Source: Burkholderiales bacterium (GTDB lineage: Bacteria; Pseudomonadota; Gammaproteobacteria; Burkholderiales; Burkholderiaceae_C). From it: a stretch of 64,000 nt of DNA. Below, piece after piece: positions 40,907 through 49,564 of this stretch. Below the pieces are notes generated by a model. It saw only the letters and a program-made list of their open reading frames with translations, was not told where the DNA came from and ran no database searches. Every line of letters starts with the position of its first letter. The first letter of the stretch is position 1. Both the position numbers and the translations under genes were made by a program. The stretch is taken from positions 7,588 through 71,587 of the forward strand of contig JABEVE010000004.1 in NCBI GenBank assembly GCA_013044035.1. Reading direction: 5' to 3'.

Positions 40907-40959
40907 TGTCGGGGCGATAAGCCGACACGGTTCCGTCATGTCGCATAAAAACAGCGACA
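40907..40959. promoter_or_regulatory. Two tandem TGTCG-N11-CGACA dyads; candidate bEBP (PilR-type) enhancer
   Basis: 40907-40927 and 40939-40959, further CGACA half-site at 40976; about 60-115 bp upstream of the -24 box. Confidence 0.65.
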
Positions 40960-41023
40960 TGACGCGGTACTCGCGCGACATGCTTGCCATCTATGATGAC
41001 TCTGTCGTGACCCTGAGGAGGAG

Positions 41024-41563
41024 ATGCTTATGATGAACAAGCCACCAACTGACCAACCATCTTCGTGCAGCATCCAGACGGCATCCATTCTGTTGGGGCG
41101 CAGCAAACGAACCTTGCAGCGCTGGTGTGAAGATGGGACGTTGCATGTTGTTGTGCAGTGTGGCCCGGGTAGGGCCCAACGCCAGCTCATCGACCTGACG
41201 CAGATTCTGGAGATGTTCGGGCCATGCCCAGAGCCGGACTTTACTGAGTTGGTCGTTGCAGCCGACGAAGGCGAGGCGGATGCCCAGAATGACTTGGGCA
41301 TGGTTTTGCTGCAAGAAGGCAAAGCGGAATCGGCTGTGGCGTTCTTTCAGGAATCGGCACGGCAGGAGTACCCGGAAGCGATGCACTGGCTATCCCAGTG
41401 CTACATGAAAGGGCTGGGAGTTGAGAGAGATGAAAACCTCGCGATGATGTGGCTCAACAAGGCTGCCGCACACGGGCATGTCATCGCCAAGGCGCAGGCT
41501 GACGCCATCCGCGCCATGGCCTTGCAGCAGTTACAGGCAAGCGGTCCACCGGCGCCTCAGTGA
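41024..41563 (+). CDS. N-terminal Xis/MerR-like HTH fused to Sel1 repeats
   Basis: IQTASILLGRSKRTLQRWCEDG; DAQNDLG, EAMHWLSQCYMKGLGVERDENLAMMWLNKAA. Confidence 0.8.
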   Translation: MLMMNKPPTDQPSSCSIQTASILLGRSKRTLQRWCEDGTLHVVVQCGPGRAQRQLIDLTQILEMFGPCPEPDFTELVVAADEGEADAQNDLGMVLLQEGKAESAVAFFQESARQEYPEAMHWLSQCYMKGLGVERDENLAMMWLNKAAAHGHVIAKAQADAIRAMALQQLQASGPPAPQ

Positions 41564-41566
41564 ACG

Positions 41567-41842
41567 ATGCCTGCGCCGAAGGATGTTCCACCGCTGCGCA
41601 AGCCAGGAAGGCCGCGCAAGGGCGAGGTTCGACTGGAAACCACCGATGCAGAGCGAGCCCGGCGCTATCAGATGCGTAAGCGTGCCGAGGCTAAACAGGA
41701 CGGACGTGTGGAAGTGCTGTTGTTCGTGCCCAGGCAGGCCGCGGACCGACTGACCGAACTCAGCATTCGCCGAGGTTGCACCAGGGCCGAAGTGGTGGAG
41801 AAACTTATCCTGCAGGCGGATGAGTTCAGCCGTGGAGAGTGA
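41567..41842 (+). CDS. Small DNA-binding protein (AT-hook-like GRPR plus RHH-like C-terminus)
   Basis: KPGRPRK, AERARRYQMRKR, DRLTELSIRRGCTRAEVVEKLI. Confidence 0.6.
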   Translation: MPAPKDVPPLRKPGRPRKGEVRLETTDAERARRYQMRKRAEAKQDGRVEVLLFVPRQAADRLTELSIRRGCTRAEVVEKLILQADEFSRGE

Positions 41843-41987
41843 CGCGCAATCATGGCCTCTTCAAAGTCAACGGCCCTATTCTGAGGCGTTTTTCACCTCA
41901 CGCACCTGCCGACAGCGGGCCCCTGGCACAAGAAATGCTTATCTCAAATTGTTTCACCGTTGTTGTACTTCTCATCTCCGGGACCTT

Positions 41988-42011
41988 AGCCCGCCTTGCG
42001 GCGGGCTTTTT
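41988..42011 (+). terminator. Rho-independent terminator
   Basis: AGCCCGCC-TTGC-GGCGGGCTTTTT. Confidence 0.75.
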
Positions 42012-42084
42012 CTTGGTGGGATGTTGAATCCCAAAAACCAGACGTTTTGCGCCAGATTGTCTAGTTTCCACGGTGCGGCGCACC

Positions 42085-42396
42085 TCACGCCGCCACAGCA
42101 AGCTCACCGAACGTCGCTCGTGCGCACAGGTCGGGAATATAAAGACCTTCGTCGAGATCGGGCATGTAGAGATCATGCCCAGTGCCTTCAATTTGCACGC
42201 TGACAAAGCCTTGTGCTTGCGCCTGCCTGACCGCTGGTGGCAGCAGCGCAACTGGAACGGCAACCTCCGCACCGTTGTCGAATTCCAGAATTAACCGGTC
42301 GTTGACAAACCGCGCGGAGATGGCCCTGGGTTGGATCGCGTCGAGGTGGCGCCCGTGTTCCAGGGCTAGCTTGATGGACTCATCAGAAATCGCCAT
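42085..42396 (-). CDS. DUF2442-like protein, putative antitoxin
   Basis: ISARFVNDRLILEFDNGAEVAVP, IEGTGHDLYMPDLDEGLYIP. Confidence 0.75.
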   Translation of the reverse strand: MAISDESIKLALEHGRHLDAIQPRAISARFVNDRLILEFDNGAEVAVPVALLPPAVRQAQAQGFVSVQIEGTGHDLYMPDLDEGLYIPDLCARATFGELAVAA

Positions 42397-42631
42397 GTTG
42401 CGTTCTCCATGCTTGGCAAAGCGTTTGCAGGTGCTCATCGACGGCAACCATCAGGTGGCGCAATGTGGGGGCGTCAATACCGCGCGCCTCTTGCGCCACG
42501 ATGGGTCCACCAGGGCAGTTGAGCAGGATCTTGGCCCGCCCATCGGGCGAGACGGCATGCACATGGGCTGGTCGATGATCATTGGTGTAGATCATGATCC
42601 GCCAGCCGCCAATCCGCAAGACCGTGCCCAT
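42383..42631 (-). CDS. DUF4160-like protein, putative toxin
   Basis: MGTVLRIGGWRIMIYTNDHRPAHVH; overlaps DUF2442 gene. Confidence 0.8.
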   Translation of the reverse strand: MGTVLRIGGWRIMIYTNDHRPAHVHAVSPDGRAKILLNCPGGPIVAQEARGIDAPTLRHLMVAVDEHLQTLCQAWRTQHGDF

Positions 42632-42716
42632 GCGCGCATTATCCGAGCTTTTGCGCCAGTTTCGCTGCTTCGATGTGGGTGAAGCGCTTGAGCATCGCCA
42701 GGCTCTTGTGGTCTTG

Positions 42717-43928
42717 TCACGCCCGCATCTTCACCACATCAGCCCCAGCCTTGAGCTTGTCCAGATAGTCCCCCCAGGCCTGCATCATCGCTGCCCGCTC
42801 TTCGAGGTAGCGGGTGCGGTTGTAGGCGCGGCCCAGTGGGTCGCGCACCGCGTGGGCGAGCTGCATTTCGATGACCTCGACCCGATAGCGCAGCTTCTCA
42901 TCCAGCAGGGTGCGCGCCGTGGCACGGAATCCGTGGCCGGTGACAACATCCCCGCCGAAACCCAGGGTTCGCAGCGCAGCAGTGACCGCGTTCTCACTCA
43001 TGCATCGCTCTCGCGTGCGCGGCGACGGAAACACGAAGCGACTACCACGCGTGAAGGGGTGAAGGTCCTGCAAAATCTTCCTGGCCTGCAAGGGCAGGGG
43101 CACGATGTGAGGCTCGCGCATCTTCATCTTTTCGCCAGGGATGCGCCACTCGTTACGGTCGAAGTCAATCTCTGACCACTCGGCCTGTCGCAGCTCACCA
43201 GGCCGCACAAAGAGCAGCGCTTGCAGATGGAGCGCCGCCCGGACCACTGGCCCGCCGGTGTAGCCATCGAACGCCCGCAGCATCTTGCCCAGCTCAGCAG
43301 GGTCCAGCACGGCGGCGCGATGCTGCTCCACAAGCGGCTTGAGCGCCCCGCGAAGGGCAGGGGTAGGATCAACATCAGCGCGGCCCGTGGCGACCGCATA
43401 GCGCATCACCTGGCCGATGATCTGATGCACGCGCCTGGCCGTTTCGCCCAGGCCACGCGCCTCGATGCGCTGGAGCACGTTGAGCACGTCAGGTGCGCGC
43501 AAGCCGCGCACGGACTTTTGGCCGATGATGGGGAATGCGTTGGCTTCAAGGCGCTTGATGAGGTTGCCGGCGGTGTTACTGGACAGGGTAGGGGCGCGCC
43601 TGGCGTGCCATTCCCTGGCGATGGCCTCGAAGGAATCGGAGACCACGCCCGCCGCCTTGGCCTTGCGCATGGCCGAGGGGTCGATGCCATCGAGCAACTG
43701 CTCGCGAATCTCCGCAGCGCGATCACGAGCACGCTTGAGGGACACAGCAGGATAGACCCCGAGTGACAAGGTGCGGTCCTTGCCGTGGAAGCGGTAGTCC
43801 ATGCGCCACCACATTGCGCCGTCAGGCCGCACGATGATGAAAAGGCCAGCGCCATCGCTCAAGCGATAGGGCTTTTCTCCAGGCGCTGCGCGCTTGAGCG
43901 CCGTGTCCGTCAACAGGTTGTTTGCCAT
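42717..43928 (-). CDS. int: P4-type (IntA-like) tyrosine integrase
   Basis: Arm-binding KPYRLSDGAGLF..LSLGVYPAVSL; catalytic VRPGEL, HGFR, LAH, AYNR; next to tRNA. Confidence 0.95.
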   Translation of the reverse strand: MANNLLTDTALKRAAPGEKPYRLSDGAGLFIIVRPDGAMWWRMDYRFHGKDRTLSLGVYPAVSLKRARDRAAEIREQLLDGIDPSAMRKAKAAGVVSDSFEAIAREWHARRAPTLSSNTAGNLIKRLEANAFPIIGQKSVRGLRAPDVLNVLQRIEARGLGETARRVHQIIGQVMRYAVATGRADVDPTPALRGALKPLVEQHRAAVLDPAELGKMLRAFDGYTGGPVVRAALHLQALLFVRPGELRQAEWSEIDFDRNEWRIPGEKMKMREPHIVPLPLQARKILQDLHPFTRGSRFVFPSPRTRERCMSENAVTAALRTLGFGGDVVTGHGFRATARTLLDEKLRYRVEVIEMQLAHAVRDPLGRAYNRTRYLEERAAMMQAWGDYLDKLKAGADVVKMRA

Positions 43929-43930
43929 TC

Positions 43931-44014
43931 CAGTAACCCCCCCCCCAGTAACTTTTGCCAGTAACCGTTTTCCGGTCGCTGGAGTTACTGCCTAGGTTAC
44001 TCCCTGAGTTGCTG
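43931..44014. repeat. Two opposed triplets of CAGTAAC arm-type sites, with a C10 tract at 43937-43946
   Basis: CAGTAAC at 43931, 43946, 43959; inverted GTTACTG/GTTACTC/GTTGCTG at 43984, 43996, 44008. Confidence 0.75.
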
Positions 44015-44060
44015 GCAAGACAAGAAATCTGCCGCAACCTTGGGAAACGTCGAAACCTCC

Positions 44061-44073
44061 TAAACCCTTGATT
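44061..44073 (-). promoter_or_regulatory. IHF binding site in the att arm
   Basis: Minus strand AATCAAGGGTTTA matches WATCAANNNNTTR; lies between arm sites and att core. Confidence 0.65.
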
Positions 44074-44129
44074 TTTCAAGAAAAACCGACGCGATTAGAA
44101 ACGTCGGGGAACTGTTGGAAATGTGCTAC

Positions 44130-44216
44130 TGGTGCCGGGAGGGGGACTCGAACCCCCACGCTTTTAAGGGCGGCGGATTTTGAGTCCGCTGCGTCTACCG
44201 ATTCCGCCATCCCGGC
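44130..44216 (-). tRNA. tRNA-Leu (CAA), 87 nt with encoded CCA
   Basis: GCCGGGA/TCCCGGC acceptor stem, anticodon loop CTCAAAA, long variable arm, GGTTCGAGTCC T-loop. Confidence 0.97.
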
Positions 44217-44227
44217 AAAACACAAGA

Positions 44228-45670
44228 TTATTTCACAGTTGGCGGCCCTGGCCGGTTGTCGTCTTGTGTGCGCGCAAGAGGGGGCGGCGTGCCATGCGTG
44301 GCGGCTGATTGCGTCAACTGGCTGTAGCGCAGGCGCAGACCGCCTTCGGGGCGGTTATCGAGGGTGATCTGGCCGCCGAGGTTTTGCGCGATGTTGCGCA
44401 TGATGGCCAGCCCCAGCCCGCTGCCAGTGGGCTCGGCGGCGCGGTCCAACCGCTCGAAGGGTTGGAAGGCGCGCTCCATGTCCTGCGCTGCGATGCCCGG
44501 GCCGGTGTCAGCAATGTCGATGTGCACCCAGGACTTGCCGTCACCTGCGCTTTCGGTGCTAAGAGCGAGGTCGACACGCCCGCCCTCGGGGGTGTAGCGC
44601 AGCGCGTTGTCGAGACCGTTGCGCAACAAGGTATAGAGCTGGGTGGAGTCGGCCAGAATGGGGGCGCCGTCCTGGCGTTCCAGACCAAGATCGATCCGGC
44701 GTTGCTCGGCAAGCGGCATCAGGTCTTCGAGGACGTGGCGGACCACCTGGACTGGATCGATGCGTTGGAGCGTGCTGGCCGGGCCGGTCTGCACCCGGGC
44801 AAGACTCAGCAACTGCTCGACCACGGCACGGGTGCGCGTCAGTCCTTGCTGAAGACTATGCAGTCGACTGCGGGTTGCGGCGGGCAGCGTGGCGTGGTCC
44901 AGGTTTTCGGCCTGCAGAGTCAGGGCGGCAATCGGGGTGCGCAGTTCGTGCGCGGCGTCGGCGACGAAGCGACGTTCACGTTCGAGCATGCTCGCCACTC
45001 TCGCCAGCAGGCTGTTGATGGAGGCGAGGAATGGTCGCAGTTCGAGCGGCACCTCGTTCAGCGGCAAAGGGTCGAGGCGGTGGTCGTCACGCGCATCCAC
45101 AACACTCGCGAGGTGGCGCACGGGACGCAGTGCGCGGCGCACCACCCAACTCACCAGCAGCACCAGCAAGGGCACGAGGGTCAGCATGGGCACGAGAGTT
45201 CGCAGGCCGCTGTCGACGGCGGCCTCGTTGCGTACGCTGGTGCGCTGGGCCACGGCGATATCGCCGCTGGAATCTTGGCGCACGAACACGCGCCACGAGT
45301 GCCCAACGGCCTCAATGGTGTGCATGCCTGGTGTGAGCTTGCTCGGCAGCGCCAGCCCGTTTGCCAGCTTGTGGGAGCCCGAGCCGAGTGCGCGCAGGCG
45401 CTCGATGATGAAACGGGCGTCGCGGTCAGCGTCAGCGCCGTGGGACTCGATCACGCTGGTCGGTTTCAATCCATAGCGGTGCACCAGGCTGGCGATCTGG
45501 CGCAACTGTGCGTCCTGTAACTCATTTGCCTCCTGGTAGCCGAAAAAGTAGGACACCGCACCGGTGCTCAGCCCGGCGACGGCGACGATGATGGTCATCC
45601 ACAGCCACAGACGACGACGCAAGGACTGCGCCGCCCAGTGGCGCAGCGGGGGGACAGGGTTCAGGCGCAT
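44228..45670 (-). CDS. Sensor histidine kinase (QseC/PmrB-like); start may be 45694
   Basis: Two TMs, HAMP, FVADAAHELRTP, NGLDNALRY, DTGPG, GSGLGL. Confidence 0.93.
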   Translation of the reverse strand: MRLNPVPPLRHWAAQSLRRRLWLWMTIIVAVAGLSTGAVSYFFGYQEANELQDAQLRQIASLVHRYGLKPTSVIESHGADADRDARFIIERLRALGSGSHKLANGLALPSKLTPGMHTIEAVGHSWRVFVRQDSSGDIAVAQRTSVRNEAAVDSGLRTLVPMLTLVPLLVLLVSWVVRRALRPVRHLASVVDARDDHRLDPLPLNEVPLELRPFLASINSLLARVASMLERERRFVADAAHELRTPIAALTLQAENLDHATLPAATRSRLHSLQQGLTRTRAVVEQLLSLARVQTGPASTLQRIDPVQVVRHVLEDLMPLAEQRRIDLGLERQDGAPILADSTQLYTLLRNGLDNALRYTPEGGRVDLALSTESAGDGKSWVHIDIADTGPGIAAQDMERAFQPFERLDRAAEPTGSGLGLAIMRNIAQNLGGQITLDNRPEGGLRLRYSQLTQSAATHGTPPPLARTQDDNRPGPPTVK

Positions 45671-45708
45671 TGGGGCGTGGCGTGATGGCGGCACTGGACA
45701 GTGGCTGC

Positions 45709-46422
45709 TCAGTCCGGTTGCCGTGGCGCCTGACGGCCGGATTGCGCCGAACCTTCGCGTTCGACCATCCAGCCCACGCCGCGCACGTTCTTGATGGTGG
45801 ACTGCCCCAGCTTTTTGCGGATGCCGTGGATGAGAAACTCCACCGCGTTGCTCTCCACTTCTTCGTTCCAGCCGTAGATGCGCTCCTCGAGTTCGCTGCG
45901 CGAGAGGATGGCGCCCGGCCGCAGCAACAGCGCGTGCAGCAGCGCGTACTCGCGCGCTGAAAGCCGCGCGCTCGTGGCGCCGGTGCCGCCGCCGACGCTG
46001 GCCTCGCGCGTAGTCGGATCCAGGCTCAGGTTGCCGTTACTGAGCACGGGCTGGCCCTGGCCGCCTTTGCGCCGGGCCACGGCGCGCAGTCGCGCCAGCA
46101 ACTCGCCGGACTCGAAGGGCTTGATGAGGTAATCGTCGGCGCCGAGGTCGAGGCCGCGAATGCGGTCGTCCACGCCATCACGGGCGGTGACGATGATGAC
46201 CGGCAGGTTGTTGCCGCCCTGGCGCAAGGCCTGCAGCACGTCCAGGCCGTCGCGCTTGGGCAGTCCCAGGTCCAGCAACATGGCCTCGTAGGGTGTGGAT
46301 TTGACTGCGCTGAGTGCCGATTCTCCATCCAGCACCCAGTCCACAGCGTGGGCGGCGTCGCGCAGCGACTGCTGCGTGGCGGCGCCCAGCATGCGATCGT
46401 CTTCAACCAGCAGGATGCGCAT
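45709..46422 (-). CDS. OmpR-family response regulator (QseB/PmrA-like)
   Basis: MRILLVEDD, LLDLGLP, GADDYLIKPF, IKNVRGVGW. Confidence 0.95.
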   Translation of the reverse strand: MRILLVEDDRMLGAATQQSLRDAAHAVDWVLDGESALSAVKSTPYEAMLLDLGLPKRDGLDVLQALRQGGNNLPVIIVTARDGVDDRIRGLDLGADDYLIKPFESGELLARLRAVARRKGGQGQPVLSNGNLSLDPTTREASVGGGTGATSARLSAREYALLHALLLRPGAILSRSELEERIYGWNEEVESNAVEFLIHGIRKKLGQSTIKNVRGVGWMVEREGSAQSGRQAPRQPD

Positions 46423-49400
46423 CGGGTGTCACCTTGTCGATTGTCGTAGGGTCATTGTCTTCGCTGGCGAGGCTGCCGCCCAGCAGCTTGAACAGCGCCG
46501 GCATGAGCAGCAGCACCAGCGGCAGTTGCACCGCCAGGCCGGCGATGATGGCCACCGCCAGTGGCTGTTGCATGGCCGAGCCCTGGCCGATGGCCAGCGC
46601 CAGTGGCGCCAGCGTCAGCATCGCGGCCAGCGTGGTCATGGCGATCGGGCGCATGCGATTGATGCCGGCCTGCACCAGCGCGGCGTCGAGCGAGATGTCG
46701 GGATGCGCCTGCTGCAGTTCCTGCACCTCGCTGAAGTAGAAGATGGCGACCTCGGTGACGATGCCCACGATCATGGTCATGCCCATCATGGCCGAGATGT
46801 TCAGCTCGATGCCCGATACCCACAGCCCGACGAACACCGCCGGCAATGCCGCCAGTGGCATGGCGAGAATGGCGAGCGCCACCTTGAAACGCTCGTACAG
46901 GAACAGCAGCAGGAAGAACACCAGCAGCACCGCGGCCACCAGCACCTGCAGCAAGCCCTTGAAGGCGATCTGCTGCTGCTTGTACAGGCCGCCGAGCTTG
47001 GTGTAGACCCCTTCGGGGTAATAGTTCGGGGCGTCGATCACGCGTTTGACCGCCACGATCGTCGAGCCGAGGTCGCGCCCGCTGATGCGCGCCGTCACCG
47101 CTGCCATGCGCTTGAGGTTTTCGCGCGTGATCTCGGGTTGGCCGGTCAGAATGTTGATGTTGGCGACTTCGCTCAAGGCGAATACATGGCCGTCGGGCGC
47201 GCGCAGGGGAAGCGCGGCGATGTCCTCGGGCGTTTGGCGCAGGTCGGGCGCGTCCCACACCCGCACGCCGACCATTTTCGGCCCCTGCTCGATCTGCGTC
47301 GCCACGCTGCCGCCGATGAGCGCCGCCAATTGGGACTGCACCTGTTGCGCGTCCACCCCCTGCAGCGCCATGCGCGTGGGGTCGAGGCGGATGTCGAGGG
47401 CGTCCCCGGCAGGCTTGATGCCGCTTTTCACATCGACGATGCCCGCAATCTTGGCGATGGCCGCTGACGTCTTGTCGGCCAACTGCGCGAGTTGTCGCGG
47501 GTTGTCGTCGAAGATCTTGATCTCGACCGGCTGGGGCACGGCCGTCAGATCGCCGATCAGGTCCTCCATCAGTTGGGCCATCTCGATCTTCAGCCCCGGC
47601 ACCTGCGTTTCGATGCGCTGCCGCACCGATTCCATGACCTGATCGATGGGCCTGCGCGGCGGGGGTTTGAGGCGCACGAAAAAGTCGCCCTCATTCGCTT
47701 CGGTGATGCCCCCACCCAACTGCGCTCCGGTGCGCCGCGACCAGGTCTGCACTTCCGGCGTCTGGCGCAAGATGGTTTCGACTTGCATCAGCAGGCGGTT
47801 GGTTTCCGTCAACGATGTTCCTGGCGGGCTGCGGTAATCGAGGATAAATCCGCCCTCATCCATATGCGGCATGAAGCCGCTGCCCACATGGTGATAGGCG
47901 ATCCAACCCACCAGCAGCAATGGCACCAACCCCAGCAGCAACAAGACGGGCCGGCGCAGCAGCGCCGGCAGCAGGCGGCCGTAGCCGCGCTGGAAGGCCG
48001 AAAGCAGGCGGCCATGCTCGCGCTGCTGTTCCTTTTCCACGTCGCGCCGGGTGATGAAGCGGTCGGCCAGCAGCGGCACCGCCAGCCACGAGACGAAAAA
48101 GGAAATGACCAGGGCAGCGGCCATGGTCAGTGCCAGCGCCTTGAAGAAGGCGCCGGTCACGCCCGACAGAAAGGCCAGTGGCACGAAGATGATGACGGTG
48201 GAGGCGCTCGACCCGGCCAGCGGACGGAAGAACTCCATGGCGGCGTGCATCACGCCGCTGTGGTGCGCCGTGTCGTTGACCGTATGGCCCTCGTTGGCCA
48301 CATTGGCCTTGTCGCCTTGCCGACGAGATTCGCCGAGTCGTCGCACGATGTGCTCGCTCATGACGATGGCATCGTCGATCACCAGTCCCACCGCAGCGGC
48401 CATGCCGCCCAGGGTCATGATGTTGAAGCTCATGCCCAGGGCGTACAGCAGCACCACGGTGGCGGCCAGCACCGCCGGAACCGTGATCATCGCAATCAGC
48501 GTGATCTTGAAGCTGCGCAGGAACAGCAGCAGCACCAGCCCCGCCAGGACCACGCCGATGAGGATGGCGTCGCGCACGCTGGCGGCGGAGGCCACCACCA
48601 GCCTGCTCTGGTCGTACCAGTTCGCCAGCTTCACGCCCGGGGGCAGTTTGTAGCTGGCCAGAGCCTGGCGAACCATGCGTGCGATCTGCACACTGTTGCC
48701 GCCGGGCTGCTGGTAGATGTTGAGCAGCACGGCATTATGGCCATCCGCCGTCACGCGGATCCACTGCGGAACCGTGCTGCGCGTGACCACGGCCACATCG
48801 CGCACGCGCACCACCCCGGTGGGCGTGGCCCTGAGCACCAGATTGCCGATTTGCGCGGCGTCATGCAGGCGCGAGTCAGCCAGCGCGAGCAAGAGCTTGT
48901 AGCGATCCTCCAGCTTGCCGACGGCCTGCACACCGTTGCCGGTGGCGAGGGTGCGCTCCACATCGCCCAGACTCAGGCCATCGCCCTGCAGCTTGGCCGG
49001 ATTGACGATGACGTGGTATTCCTCCTGCTCTCCACCCTGGACCTGCACCCGCCCGACGCCGTTGATGCTGGACAGCAGCGGGCGCAACTGGAATTGCGCC
49101 AGGTCGTAAATACGGGTCAGAGGCACCGTGTCAGACGTCAGGCTGTAGGCGATGATCGGATCGACCGTCGGATCCATGCGCTTGCTGGACAGGATCGTTC
49201 CCGGCGGCAGTTGGGGGAGCTTCTGCGTCACCGCCTCATTCACCTGGACTGCGGCCACATTCATGTCCGTTCCCCAGTGAAAACTCACGGAGATATCGGC
49301 GGTGCCACGGCTGGTGGTCGAGCGCACGTCGACCACTCCGGGCACCCGTCTCACCGCCTGTTCCAGGGGATAAGTTACCTGCAGCATCATCTGGCGCGAA

Positions 49401-49564
49401 GGCCGATCGCCGGCGTCCGCGCTCACCACCACGCGCGGAAAATCGACATTGGGGAACAGACCCACCGGCAGCTTGAACGCCGCCATCACCCCGCCGGCAG
49501 CCAGCAGCGCAAGCAAAAACAGCACCGAGCGGCGATGCCGCTGCAACCACGCCGAGACATTCAT
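46403..49564 (-). CDS. RND efflux permease (CzcA/AcrB superfamily)
   Basis: 1053 aa; VIDDAIVMSE, RMRPIAMTT; duplicated RND topology. Confidence 0.95.
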   Translation of the reverse strand: MNVSAWLQRHRRSVLFLLALLAAGGVMAAFKLPVGLFPNVDFPRVVVSADAGDRPSRQMMLQVTYPLEQAVRRVPGVVDVRSTTSRGTADISVSFHWGTDMNVAAVQVNEAVTQKLPQLPPGTILSSKRMDPTVDPIIAYSLTSDTVPLTRIYDLAQFQLRPLLSSINGVGRVQVQGGEQEEYHVIVNPAKLQGDGLSLGDVERTLATGNGVQAVGKLEDRYKLLLALADSRLHDAAQIGNLVLRATPTGVVRVRDVAVVTRSTVPQWIRVTADGHNAVLLNIYQQPGGNSVQIARMVRQALASYKLPPGVKLANWYDQSRLVVASAASVRDAILIGVVLAGLVLLLFLRSFKITLIAMITVPAVLAATVVLLYALGMSFNIMTLGGMAAAVGLVIDDAIVMSEHIVRRLGESRRQGDKANVANEGHTVNDTAHHSGVMHAAMEFFRPLAGSSASTVIIFVPLAFLSGVTGAFFKALALTMAAALVISFFVSWLAVPLLADRFITRRDVEKEQQREHGRLLSAFQRGYGRLLPALLRRPVLLLLGLVPLLLVGWIAYHHVGSGFMPHMDEGGFILDYRSPPGTSLTETNRLLMQVETILRQTPEVQTWSRRTGAQLGGGITEANEGDFFVRLKPPPRRPIDQVMESVRQRIETQVPGLKIEMAQLMEDLIGDLTAVPQPVEIKIFDDNPRQLAQLADKTSAAIAKIAGIVDVKSGIKPAGDALDIRLDPTRMALQGVDAQQVQSQLAALIGGSVATQIEQGPKMVGVRVWDAPDLRQTPEDIAALPLRAPDGHVFALSEVANINILTGQPEITRENLKRMAAVTARISGRDLGSTIVAVKRVIDAPNYYPEGVYTKLGGLYKQQQIAFKGLLQVLVAAVLLVFFLLLFLYERFKVALAILAMPLAALPAVFVGLWVSGIELNISAMMGMTMIVGIVTEVAIFYFSEVQELQQAHPDISLDAALVQAGINRMRPIAMTTLAAMLTLAPLALAIGQGSAMQQPLAVAIIAGLAVQLPLVLLLMPALFKLLGGSLASEDNDPTTIDKVTPDAHPAG

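Larger units (their letters stand above)
23646..44152. mobile_element. ~20.5 kb integrative mobilisable element (IME) in tRNA-Leu(CAA) 3' end
   Basis: Terminal tRNA 3'-end repeats at 23646-23666 and 44130-44152; integrase beside the tRNA; Xis-like, RepA/RepC/primase, T4CP and relaxase inside; no mating-pore (VirB4 etc.) genes recognised. Confidence 0.92.

Noticed and set aside
23646-44152. CRISPR array or cas genes
   Set aside because: No regularly spaced 25-45 bp direct repeats with unique spacers; the observed repeats are short, or separated by whole genes.
23646-44152. P4-like or PICI phage satellite
   Set aside because: int, AlpA-like and primase genes fit, but no capsid-size, terminase or packaging genes were recognised, and the T4CP/relaxase points to conjugative mobilisation. 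Not fully excluded.
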